DNA of 36,930 bases, taken from the UHGV virus genome UHGV-0464415; one strand, 5' to 3'. The translations under genes and the position numbers were made by a program. The stretch is from a virus. Numbering within the stretch: position 1 is the stretch's first letter; each line of letters begins with the position of its first letter. Of this stretch, positions 26,090 through 34,149 are shown in pieces. A model generated the notes under the pieces. It did no database searches and was not told the origin of the DNA. It saw only the letters and a program-made list of their open reading frames with translations.

Positions 26090-26354
26090 TATTATGCCAG
26101 ATGATAAAGAAATTTCTAAGGCATTAAATGTCCTTAATAGTATATCTGATAAATTAACATTTAGTCGAGTAAAAATGAGAAATGAAGGAGATATAGAGAT
26201 GGATTTTATGGAACAATGCGATGACTGTTTGTGCAAAGAATGCCTTGAAAACTGCAATGAAAACCCTGATGGGTGCTGCTACACATGCTGCAAAGACTCT
26301 GATGAATGCGAACCTATTAGTCAGTGTCCATTTGGATGGTATCACGATAATTAG
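26079..26354 (+). CDS. Cys-rich small protein, 91 aa (11 Cys within the last 45 aa).
   Basis: EQCDDCLCKECLENCNENPDGCCYTCCKDSDECEPISQCPFGW. Confidence 0.4.
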   Translation: MMIDIMPDDKEISKALNVLNSISDKLTFSRVKMRNEGDIEMDFMEQCDDCLCKECLENCNENPDGCCYTCCKDSDECEPISQCPFGWYHDN

Positions 26355-26488
26355 CATTTGGAGGTTTGTATGGAATTTTTAAGTGAACATTGGGTTCTTA
26401 TTTATGGGATGTTTATGTATGGTATGGGACTGCTAACTGGCTCTATCAAAAAGAAACGTTAATTAACGTTTCCGGGAGGAGCCGGAGC

Positions 26489-26671
26489 ATGAAAGAAAAG
26501 ATAAACGATTATGAGATGTCCATTAGGAAAACTACAAAGAAATCCGCAAAATGCTCTATATGTGGATATCGACGGCCAGAGATGTATCTTATTCATCGGC
26601 ACGGCGACAGTTACTACATGTGCCGTGAGTGTGTAAGCTATTTCTTGGCGATAGCAGCGTTGATGGAGTAA
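26489..26671 (+). CDS. Small zinc-ribbon protein, 60 aa (CSICGY...CRECV).
   Basis: RBS GGGAGGAG 7 nt before ATG 26489. This is the inner start of ORF 26390..26671. Confidence 0.35.
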   Translation: MKEKINDYEMSIRKTTKKSAKCSICGYRRPEMYLIHRHGDSYYMCRECVSYFLAIAALME

Positions 26672-26684
26672 TTTAGCATTTTAG

Positions 26685-26776
26685 GCGGGTAGTAGTCCAA
26701 GTTGGCAGGACATCAGCGCCGGAGATTATGTGCCGGTGTTGTACGGCGCCGGTTCGATTCCGGCCTACCCGCACCA
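26685..26776 (+). tRNA. tRNA-like element, 92 nt including an encoded CCA. It has a tRNA-like 8-bp acceptor stem, a D arm and a canonical T arm, but a non-canonical anticodon and variable region.
   Basis: GCGGGTAG pairs with CTACCCGC and is followed by A-CCA. D stem GTCC/GGAC with a GG-containing loop. T arm GCCGG-TTCGATT-CCGGC. Between the D and T arms I could only fold a CCGG/CCGG hairpin with a 10-nt loop, not a standard 7-nt anticodon loop. Confidence 0.4.
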
Positions 26777-26800
26777 ATTTTAAAATTTAATGAGGTGTGT

Positions 26801-26953
26801 ATGGATAAAGATTTTTCAGAAGGGTTTATGCATGATGTTGCAGATTTGTTGGAATATTGTGCAGAAAATAATACAGATAATGTCGATTTGATTTTTACGT
26901 TTGGGGATAAGGAACTGAATGTAAATGTCACATTTTCAATTAAACAAAACTGA
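26801..26953 (+). CDS. Small hypothetical protein, 50 aa.
   Basis: RBS GAGGTG then ATG 26801. AT-rich. The listed ORF 26702..26953 artificially extends upstream through the tRNA-like element. Confidence 0.3.
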   Translation: MDKDFSEGFMHDVADLLEYCAENNTDNVDLIFTFGDKELNVNVTFSIKQN

Positions 26954-26975
26954 TATTTAAAAACAAGCATGAACA

Positions 26976-27041
26976 GGGCTGAAACTCACAGGGAGTTACT
27001 GTTGCCTCCGCAGGACCGTGGTTCGAATCCACGGTAGCCCA
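26976..27041 (+). other. tRNA 3'-end fragment (T arm CGTGG-TTCGAAT-CCACG plus acceptor 3' strand GTAGCCC-A). Candidate attP core, 170 nt upstream of the recombinase gene.
   Basis: Perfect T-arm consensus and acceptor 3' half. The 5' portion is too short (32 nt) to form D and anticodon arms. Classic position for a tRNA-targeting integrase. Confidence 0.4.
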
Positions 27042-27108
27042 TTAAAAGAAAACGAGGAAAGGGGATGATGGAAATGGGACATATAAGTATTGAGAGAACA
27101 AAGAAACC

Positions 27109-27188
27109 GGGCGGTACATCAACCGACCAAAGTTATCCGTACCGCCCTTACGCTTAAGGACAGTATACCATAAACTGCTTCCTTAAGC
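27109..27188. promoter_or_regulatory. Two adjacent 9-bp-stem hairpins / inverted repeats just upstream of the recombinase gene: GGGCGGTAC...GTACCGCCC at 27109-27147 and GCTTAAGGA...TCCTTAAGC at 27152-27188.
   Basis: Perfect 9-bp inverted repeats seen directly. Candidate recombinase arm sites or int regulation. Confidence 0.35.
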
Positions 27189-27209
27189 AAGTACAAAGGA
27201 GGAAGCTGT

Positions 27210-28256
27210 ATGAGTAACGCAGAAAATCAGAGCGTAAAAGCGCAGATTATCAATAATGTGATTGTATCGATGACCTACTACCTTAACCCGGATGTACTGG
27301 AAATGTTAGAGCGTGTCCTGACAAGGAACCTGGTAGACGTAGTGATAGAACGGATTAACACGCTGCCAATGGAAATGAAGGACAGCATAGACAACCAGAA
27401 CGGGTACATATTGCAGTTATTCCTGTATAAGAAGAAAAAACTCCAGGACGGGACGAAATACGGCTATGTCAGCGCCATCAAACGGCTGGTGACCCTGGTG
27501 TATAAACCCCTGACGGACATGGAAGAATCGGATATCTATTACTATCTGGACTGGTACGAGAACCGGAATGTACCCCTGAACGGAAGGAAAAACCAGGCCA
27601 GGACCATCAACAACGAGCGCCGTTTCCTGTCAGCCTTTTTCACCTGGATGCGAAAGGAAAAACTGATTGGAAGCAATCCGGTGGAGGCAATCGAGCCGCT
27701 GAAGGTGGCGAAGAAACCGATTGATTATTTCACGCCGGAGGAGATGGCAAGCCTTAAGGATGGATGTGAGAGCCTACGGGAGCGGGCTGTCATAGAAGTA
27801 TTAAGGAGCACCGGGGCCAGGGTTGGGGAAGTGGTGGGTATCACAATCGACCTGATTGACTGGGAGACCGGGGATGTCATGATACTGGGGGAGAAGGGCA
27901 ACCGATACCGCACCTTGTACCTGGATCCGGATGCAATCCATCATTTTAGGAAGTACTTAAACAGCAGGACAGACAATAACCCAGCCATCTTTGTCAGTTC
28001 CAGACAGCCGTATCAGGCATTATCCACCTGTGCAATCCGTGGGATTGTAAAGGATGTGGCGCAGCGTGCCGGGATTACCAGCCGCGCTTACCCGCATAAG
28101 ATGCGCAAGACCCTGGGCATGGAACTGAAGAATAAGGGCGTGGATATAGGAACCATACAGGAGATTATGGGACATGCAGACAGCAAGGTCACTTCCTTAT
28201 ATTATGCACAGTCTACCCCGGATACCCTGAGGGTAGTCCGTAACAAGGCGGCATGA
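27210..28256 (+). CDS. Tyrosine site-specific recombinase (XerC/D-like, phage-integrase family), 348 aa.
   Basis: RBS AAAGGAGGAAG. Catalytic residues in order: R (LRSTGARVGE), K (GEKGNRYRTLY), HxxR (PHKMRKT), H...Y (GHADSKVTSLYY). Confidence 0.8.
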   Translation: MSNAENQSVKAQIINNVIVSMTYYLNPDVLEMLERVLTRNLVDVVIERINTLPMEMKDSIDNQNGYILQLFLYKKKKLQDGTKYGYVSAIKRLVTLVYKPLTDMEESDIYYYLDWYENRNVPLNGRKNQARTINNERRFLSAFFTWMRKEKLIGSNPVEAIEPLKVAKKPIDYFTPEEMASLKDGCESLRERAVIEVLRSTGARVGEVVGITIDLIDWETGDVMILGEKGNRYRTLYLDPDAIHHFRKYLNSRTDNNPAIFVSSRQPYQALSTCAIRGIVKDVAQRAGITSRAYPHKMRKTLGMELKNKGVDIGTIQEIMGHADSKVTSLYYAQSTPDTLRVVRNKAA

Positions 28257-28295
28257 TACATCCATATAGATTATCCAATAATTGTAAATTAGTTA

Positions 28296-28336
28296 AACAG
28301 GCGGCGTGGCTGTCAAGGAAGAGGCCGCCGCCTGTT
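28296..28336 (+). terminator. GC-rich 11-bp-stem hairpin 40 nt downstream of the recombinase gene (AAACAGGCGGCG...CGCCGCCTGTT). Terminator-like but lacks a U tract.
   Basis: Inverted repeat seen directly. Confidence 0.3.
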
Positions 28337-28433
28337 CCGATATAAAACCAGGGAAGAGATTTCTTTCCCGTCCTTGTAATGGGTATTAACAAATGGGGCA
28401 TAAGGAAACTAAATAGAAGGAGAAACGTATAAG

Positions 28434-29306
28434 GTGAGATACTACGATAACTACGACTATGAGGAAACCTATCAGGAGCAGGTAGAAAGGTTGGAGGAAT
28501 TTGAACTGGAACGCCTGATAAAGGAGCAGAGGGTGGATTGCCTGTACCGCACCACCACGACACAGTCCCCGAACCTGTCAAACGGTACAGTGCTGCTTGA
28601 ATCACAGGTTTACCCTAGCTTTTACAGGAAAAGCGATATGCCGGTGACCCGTAAAGGGAGGGAAACAAAACCATCACAGAAGGACCTGAATGACCGCAAC
28701 TCAAAAAGATACATGGTGAGGCTTGCCAATATAAACTTTGGGAAAGGGGATATATGGGCGACCTTCGGATGGAATGAGGAGTGCCTGCCTGAAGATATGG
28801 GGGAGGCTAGGAAGGATGTAAAGAACTTCATCTCAAGGGTGAATTACAGGCAGAAGAAACAGGGAAAGGAAAACATAAAATACATATACATACTTGCATA
28901 CGATGGATATACAAGGCCGCATGTGCACATCCTCATGACCGGGGAAGGGATAGACCGTGACGAACTGGAGGATCTGTGGGGGAAATGCGACAGACCCAAC
29001 ACGAAGCGGATCCAGCCGGATGATGATTTCCTGATTACCGGACTGGCTACCTACGTGTCAAACAATCCACATGGTACAAAGAGGTGGTGCGCATCCAAGA
29101 ACCTTGTCAAACCGCCTGAACCATCCAGGAGTTATTCAAAGTTCAGGAGAACCAAAGTAAACCGGATGGTAAAGGACTTCGAAGTCTTAAGGGCTGAGAT
29201 GGAGAAGGCTTATCAGGGATATAAATTCCTGGATGCAGAGGTTAAATACAATAAACAACTGGCCTCGTTTTATATTTATGCGAGGCTTGTAAAGTACGGC
29301 CAATGA
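28434..29306 (+). CDS. Rolling-circle replication initiator (HUH endonuclease, Rep_trans-like), 290 aa. GTG start.
   Basis: HUH motif in YTRPHVHILMTG. Candidate catalytic Tyr motif LATYVSNNPHGTKRW. Upstream IYILAYDGY resembles RCR motif I. Confidence 0.5.
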   Translation: MRYYDNYDYEETYQEQVERLEEFELERLIKEQRVDCLYRTTTTQSPNLSNGTVLLESQVYPSFYRKSDMPVTRKGRETKPSQKDLNDRNSKRYMVRLANINFGKGDIWATFGWNEECLPEDMGEARKDVKNFISRVNYRQKKQGKENIKYIYILAYDGYTRPHVHILMTGEGIDRDELEDLWGKCDRPNTKRIQPDDDFLITGLATYVSNNPHGTKRWCASKNLVKPPEPSRSYSKFRRTKVNRMVKDFEVLRAEMEKAYQGYKFLDAEVKYNKQLASFYIYARLVKYGQ

Positions 29307-29354
29307 GTGGACGTTTGAATAAGGTGCCTATATTCTTGGGTAAGGAGGGGCAGG

Positions 29355-29594
29355 ATGCGCAGGAAGAAAGAAGCCATATGTCCGTACTGCGTTACGGTAA
29401 GCCGTTATAACAAGAAGTCAGCAACAATCACATGCGCAAACATCGAAAACAATCTGGGATTCGAAGTAAGGAACCAGCTTGTTTTTAATAACCATGAGGA
29501 GAAGAAGAACTATAAGGAACTATTCTGCGCTGATATGTACGATACCTGCCCATATTACAAGGCAATTTACCTGAGTGGCAGGAAAGAAGACTGA
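29355..29594 (+). CDS. Cys-rich hypothetical protein, 79 aa (CPYC...C...C...CPYY).
   Basis: RBS AAGGAGGGGCAGG then ATG. Confidence 0.4.
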   Translation: MRRKKEAICPYCVTVSRYNKKSATITCANIENNLGFEVRNQLVFNNHEEKKNYKELFCADMYDTCPYYKAIYLSGRKED

Positions 29595-29619
29595 AACCGG
29601 ACACATCGGACACCAGAAG

Positions 29620-29654
29620 GCGCGTGCACGCACACATGCATGCGCGCACGCGCG
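29620..29654. repeat. 35-nt perfectly alternating purine-pyrimidine tract (GCGCGTGCACGCACACATGCATGCGCGCACGCGCG), Z-DNA-prone. Contains the GTGCAC, GCATGC and GCGCGC palindromes.
   Basis: Seen directly in the intergenic region about 130 nt upstream of terS. Followed by an AGACGC...GCGTCT hairpin. Confidence 0.8.
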
Positions 29655-29781
29655 GAAATAGGTAAGGACAGACGCAACCAGCATCTTTTTTTCGCGTCTG
29701 GAAGCGGACAAAACCGGACAATCTGGGGTGTTGGATTCGAAAAAGCAGAACATGTATAATGTGATCCAAGGAGGTGCGGAC

Positions 29782-30321
29782 ATGGCGAGGCAGAAATGGC
29801 AGGAGTGGGCAGAGAATGAGGATAGACTGACCATATTGGCAGCCTGGGCCCGCGCAGGGAAAACAGATGAAGAAATAGCCAAGATGGTCGGTATAAGCCG
29901 CTCCACCCTTGGGGAGTGGAAAAAGAAACACGAAAAGATAAGCGAGGCACTGTCCGTTAAGAAAGACTATGCAGACCGCCTGATGGAAAACAGTCTGTAT
30001 AAAATCGGTCTTGGATATACAGTGACCAACAAGAAGCCCATCAAGACAAGACATGTGAAGTATAAGGACGGAAAGAAGATATCGGAGGATGAAGTGATTG
30101 AGTATGTGGATGAGACCATCCATGTAGCCGGAAATGAAAGGGCTGTTGAGTTCTGGCTGGAAAACCGTATGCCGGAATGGAGAAAGAAATATGAGCAGAT
30201 TAAGAGCGTCAATGATGATGAAGAAAGCGGCGCTGGCCTGATTGTGATGGACACGGAACAGGCCAAGGATATCAAAAAAATAATGGAGGAGGCACAGAAG
30301 AGGATTGAAGAAGAAAGGTAA
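29782..30321 (+). CDS. Terminase small subunit with an N-terminal HTH.
   Basis: RBS AAGGAGGTG 4-5 nt before ATG 29782. EEIAKMVGISRSTLGEWKKK helix-turn-helix. Directly precedes terL. Confidence 0.6.
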   Translation: MARQKWQEWAENEDRLTILAAWARAGKTDEEIAKMVGISRSTLGEWKKKHEKISEALSVKKDYADRLMENSLYKIGLGYTVTNKKPIKTRHVKYKDGKKISEDEVIEYVDETIHVAGNERAVEFWLENRMPEWRKKYEQIKSVNDDEESGAGLIVMDTEQAKDIKKIMEEAQKRIEEER

Positions 30322-31801
30322 GGGCAGCGATAAATTTGACGCAAAGGAGTTCCTAAAAACGCATAATGTCATATGGGCGCCATCACCAAGACAGCAGGCC
30401 ATGATGCATAGGCCAGAATTTGAAGCCCTGTTCGGAGGTTCTGCCGGAGGGGGGAAGTCGGACTACCTGTTGGTGGAGGCACTGAGACAGGTCCATATAA
30501 AATATTACAGAGCGGTCATACTCCGTAAGACATTTCCAGAATTAGAGGATTTGATAAGCCGGTCCAAAGAGTTGTATGGGGGTGCATTTCCGCGCGCTAA
30601 ATACAACGAAAGTAAATATGTGTGGACATTTCCCAGTGGGGCTAAGATATATTTCAGGAATATGCAGCATGAGCAGGACAAAATCAAATACCAAGGCCGA
30701 CATTTTGATTTTGTCGGATTTGATGAACTGACACATTTTTCATGGGATGAATACAATTATCTTTTCTCGCGGACCAGGTCAAGCGGACCGGGGTTAAGGG
30801 CATATATACGCGCCACAGCAAACCCAGGGGGACCGGGACATGGATGGGTGAAAGCCAGGTTTATCACAGCGATGAAACCAGAGACACCAATAATGGAGAA
30901 AACACCAATAAGGGATCCGGCAGGAAATATAATCGAGACAGAAAGTGACCGCATATTTATTCCGAGCAGCCTGTTTGACAACCCGGACCTGATGCGGAAT
31001 AACCCACACTACCTAGCCTCCCTTGCCATGATGCCGGAAGCCCAGCGTAATGCCCTGCTGTATGGGGATTGGGATTCATTCAGCGGGCAGGTGTTTGAGG
31101 AGTGGAAGAATGACCCGGATGGATATGACACACAGCAGTGGAGCCATGTGATAAACCCATTCAGGGTACCGGACGGGTGGGAAATCATACGCGGTTATGA
31201 CCATGGGTATGCCAAGCCGTTCTCAATCGGATGGTATGCCGTGGACTATGTCGGATGCATATACCGGATACGTGAGTTATACGGGATGAAGAAGGACAGC
31301 CCCAATGTCGGAATCAAGATAGAGCCTGAAGCGGTGGCAAAGCAGATCCGCGCAATTGAGGAAACAGACCCGAACCTGAAAGGCCGCAGGATTACCGGGA
31401 TTGCGGACCCATCCATCTTCGCAAAGGACAGGGGTGAGTCAATAGCAGACATCATGGCAAAGGTGGGGGTGTACTGGTCACCTGGGGATAACCATAGGAT
31501 TGCCGGGAAGATGCAGTATCATTACCGGATGGCATTCGATGAACATGGGCGATCCATGTTCTACGTATTCAGGAGCTGCCCTGAGTTCATCCGTACAATC
31601 CCGAATCTTGTATACGATGACAAGAATGTGGAGGATGTCGATACGAAACAGGAAGACCACATATATGACGAATGTAGGTATGTGCTGATGTCAAGGATCA
31701 TTGCAGTACGTAAGAACAAGGAGAAGCCGCTGCCACTTGAAGACCCGCTTGACCTATACAAGGAGGAGCGTGAACGGAGGAACCGGATAATCAGGATATA
31801 A
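30305..31801 (+). CDS. Terminase large subunit.
   Basis: Walker A GGSAGGGKS near the N-terminus. Conserved Walker B and nuclease-like acidic residues (DELTH..., IADPS, EDHIYDE). Confidence 0.85.
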   Translation: MKKKGKGSDKFDAKEFLKTHNVIWAPSPRQQAMMHRPEFEALFGGSAGGGKSDYLLVEALRQVHIKYYRAVILRKTFPELEDLISRSKELYGGAFPRAKYNESKYVWTFPSGAKIYFRNMQHEQDKIKYQGRHFDFVGFDELTHFSWDEYNYLFSRTRSSGPGLRAYIRATANPGGPGHGWVKARFITAMKPETPIMEKTPIRDPAGNIIETESDRIFIPSSLFDNPDLMRNNPHYLASLAMMPEAQRNALLYGDWDSFSGQVFEEWKNDPDGYDTQQWSHVINPFRVPDGWEIIRGYDHGYAKPFSIGWYAVDYVGCIYRIRELYGMKKDSPNVGIKIEPEAVAKQIRAIEETDPNLKGRRITGIADPSIFAKDRGESIADIMAKVGVYWSPGDNHRIAGKMQYHYRMAFDEHGRSMFYVFRSCPEFIRTIPNLVYDDKNVEDVDTKQEDHIYDECRYVLMSRIIAVRKNKEKPLPLEDPLDLYKEERERRNRIIRI

Positions 31802-31810
31802 GGAGGATAT

Positions 31811-33709
31811 ATGGAGAACGATAACACCACGCAGGGCGGCGTGCAGATGCCAGTCAACGAAAAGACAATTGATGATGCATTACAGACCTTCCAGAAGTAT
31901 AAGGAGGCCAAGGATGACCTTACAAAGCGGATCATAAATGCAGAGGAATGGTGGAAGAATAACCATTGGGAAAGATTTTCCAGTAAGTCAGGAAACCCAA
32001 ATGACCCACAGCCCACCAGTGCATGGCTGTTCAACAGCATAATCAACAAGCACGCGGACTTCCAGGACAACTACCCAAGCCCAGTAATCCTTCCGAGGGA
32101 GGAAAGTGATGAACAGACCGCAAAGACGCTTTCGGAAGTGGTCCCGGTCATCATGGAGCAGAACGGCTTCGATAAGACATATTCGGAGTGTTCGTGGGAT
32201 AAGCCGAAGACCGGGACCGCAGTATACGGCATATTCTGGAACCAGGAAAAAGAAAACGGACTGGGTGACATAGAAATCAGGCATATAGACATGATGGACA
32301 TATTCTGGGAGCCGGGGATTAACGACATACAGGAATCAGATAATGTGTTCGTAATCGGCATGGTGGACCATGAAATACTGGAGGAGGAGTATCCTGAACT
32401 AAAGGGGAAACTCCAGGGGGAAGTCATCTATAAGCCGGAATATGCTTACGTGTCCAAATTGGACACCTCTAAGAAGGTGAATGTATTTGACTGGTACTAC
32501 AGACGCAAGGTATATGGGGAGGTAAACGGAATCAGGACGAACCGGACGGTCCTGCATTATTGCAAGTTTGTGGAAGGACATGTGCTTTTCGCCACGGAAA
32601 ATAGCCCGGAATATCAGGCGGGGCTATATGAACATGGCAGATACCCGTTTGTTTTTGATCGGATGTTTCCCGATAAAGGTTCACCGGCCGGTTTCGGATA
32701 CCTGGATGTGATGATAAACCCACAGGAGTACATAGATAAGCTTGACCAGGTAATCCTTAAGCATGCCAATCTTAACCGGCCAAGATATTTTATCAGCGGG
32801 AGCGCGCAGGTAGAAGAGGACGAATTTACCGACCTGTCAAAGGACCTGGTGCATTGCAGTGGGGATTTAAGGGAGGATTCCGTGAAACAGATCAAGCCTC
32901 CTGAGATGTCCAGCAATGTGATGGCCATCCGGCAGGCCAAGATTGACGAACTGAAGGAAACATCCGGGAACCGTGATTTCTCCCAAGGTTCAACAACCTC
33001 CGGCGTGACAGCGGCAAGTGCGATTGCCGCATTACAGGAAGCCGGTTCGAAACTGTCCAGGGACATGCTCAAGGACAGCTATATAGCCTATTCTGAGGTA
33101 GTGACACTAATCATTGAACTGATAAGGCAGTTCTACGACATCCCACGGTGCTACCGGATAACCAGGCCCAACGGTAACCCGGAATATGTCACCCTGACCA
33201 ATGAGGGGTTACAGCCAGCTGAGATGCCAATGATGGACGGCGGGTTATCCGTCAGGAAGCCGGTATTTGATGTCAAGGTATCAGCCCAGAAAGCGAGCAT
33301 GTATAGCCGGATAGCGAACAATGAGTTAGCGAAAGAACTGTATGGGATGGGGGTATTCGCCCCACAGAATGCGGATCAGGCGCTTGCGGTCATAAAAATG
33401 ATGGATTTTGATAAGCGGGATGAAGTCATAAAGCAGGTACAGGAGAACGGGACCATGTTCCAGCAAATCCAGAGGATGCAGGAGACCATGGCGCAGATGG
33501 CCGGACTGATATATGAGATGACAGGGAACCAGAAGATATTGTCCGTCCTTGACGGTACAGGGATAGCCGACATGAACCCACAGATGGATGCCCAGGGAGG
33601 GAAGACGGTGGAAACAAACAGCATAGGTGAGCCTGTCGGAAGGGACAACAGCGCGGCAGGGAAAGCAAGGCAGAGGGCCGCGACAGCAACGGAGGTGGGA
33701 AAAAGATGA
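31811..33709 (+). CDS. Portal protein, 632 aa.
   Basis: RBS AGGAGGA. Position immediately after terL. Size and acidic C-terminus typical of portals. Confidence 0.7.
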   Translation: MENDNTTQGGVQMPVNEKTIDDALQTFQKYKEAKDDLTKRIINAEEWWKNNHWERFSSKSGNPNDPQPTSAWLFNSIINKHADFQDNYPSPVILPREESDEQTAKTLSEVVPVIMEQNGFDKTYSECSWDKPKTGTAVYGIFWNQEKENGLGDIEIRHIDMMDIFWEPGINDIQESDNVFVIGMVDHEILEEEYPELKGKLQGEVIYKPEYAYVSKLDTSKKVNVFDWYYRRKVYGEVNGIRTNRTVLHYCKFVEGHVLFATENSPEYQAGLYEHGRYPFVFDRMFPDKGSPAGFGYLDVMINPQEYIDKLDQVILKHANLNRPRYFISGSAQVEEDEFTDLSKDLVHCSGDLREDSVKQIKPPEMSSNVMAIRQAKIDELKETSGNRDFSQGSTTSGVTAASAIAALQEAGSKLSRDMLKDSYIAYSEVVTLIIELIRQFYDIPRCYRITRPNGNPEYVTLTNEGLQPAEMPMMDGGLSVRKPVFDVKVSAQKASMYSRIANNELAKELYGMGVFAPQNADQALAVIKMMDFDKRDEVIKQVQENGTMFQQIQRMQETMAQMAGLIYEMTGNQKILSVLDGTGIADMNPQMDAQGGKTVETNSIGEPVGRDNSAAGKARQRAATATEVGKR

Positions 33710-34065
33710 CAACGGTAAATATAAGGTCAGATAGGGGATATGTGAAAATCATCATCAAGGGACATGCCGGTTATGGAATGACGAACCACCTCCCTGAAGG
33801 GCATGATATCGTATGTGCTGCCATATCCATGCTAGGGCAGACCCTGGTGCAGAGGTTAATGGACATGGCAGACGAAAAGAAGGTGATAATCCATAATTTG
33901 ATGTATGGGCCAGGAGAAATCAATGTGCGGGTGCTGTCAAAGCCGGGGAACCGTGAGGAACTTGAAACAACCATAAAAACAGTTGAAACTGGAATGAAAC
34001 TGATACAGGAACAGTATCCGGATTACATAAAAGTTGGGGTGCTGGATTCAGTGGAGGATATCTGA
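33706..34065 (+). CDS. Prp-family (DUF464) cysteine protease, predicted prohead / ribosomal-L27-type processing protease.
   Basis: GHAGYG...GHDIVCAAISMLGQT matches the Prp His/Cys dyad region. Both the scaffold and MCP N-termini carry an LNLRLF motif like the L27 Prp cleavage site. Confidence 0.65.
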   Translation: MTTVNIRSDRGYVKIIIKGHAGYGMTNHLPEGHDIVCAAISMLGQTLVQRLMDMADEKKVIIHNLMYGPGEINVRVLSKPGNREELETTIKTVETGMKLIQEQYPDYIKVGVLDSVEDI

Positions 34066-34149
34066 TATGGTTATTGCATGGTAGTAACCTGACTCTCGGG
34101 AAAGACCGTGAAAGATGGCTCTCGGGAAAGACCGTGAAAGGAGAATGAG

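Noticed and set aside
26976-27041. Complete second tRNA gene
   Set aside because: The T arm and acceptor 3' strand are perfect, but only 32 nt are available for D arm, anticodon arm and variable loop, and acceptor position 7 mismatches. It is more likely an att-associated tRNA fragment.
29485-30402. 305-aa minus-strand ORF across the terS region
   Set aside because: Antisense to the well-supported + strand genes (Cys-rich ORF, terS with RBS and HTH). The product is low-complexity and the alternating RY tract artificially keeps the frame open.
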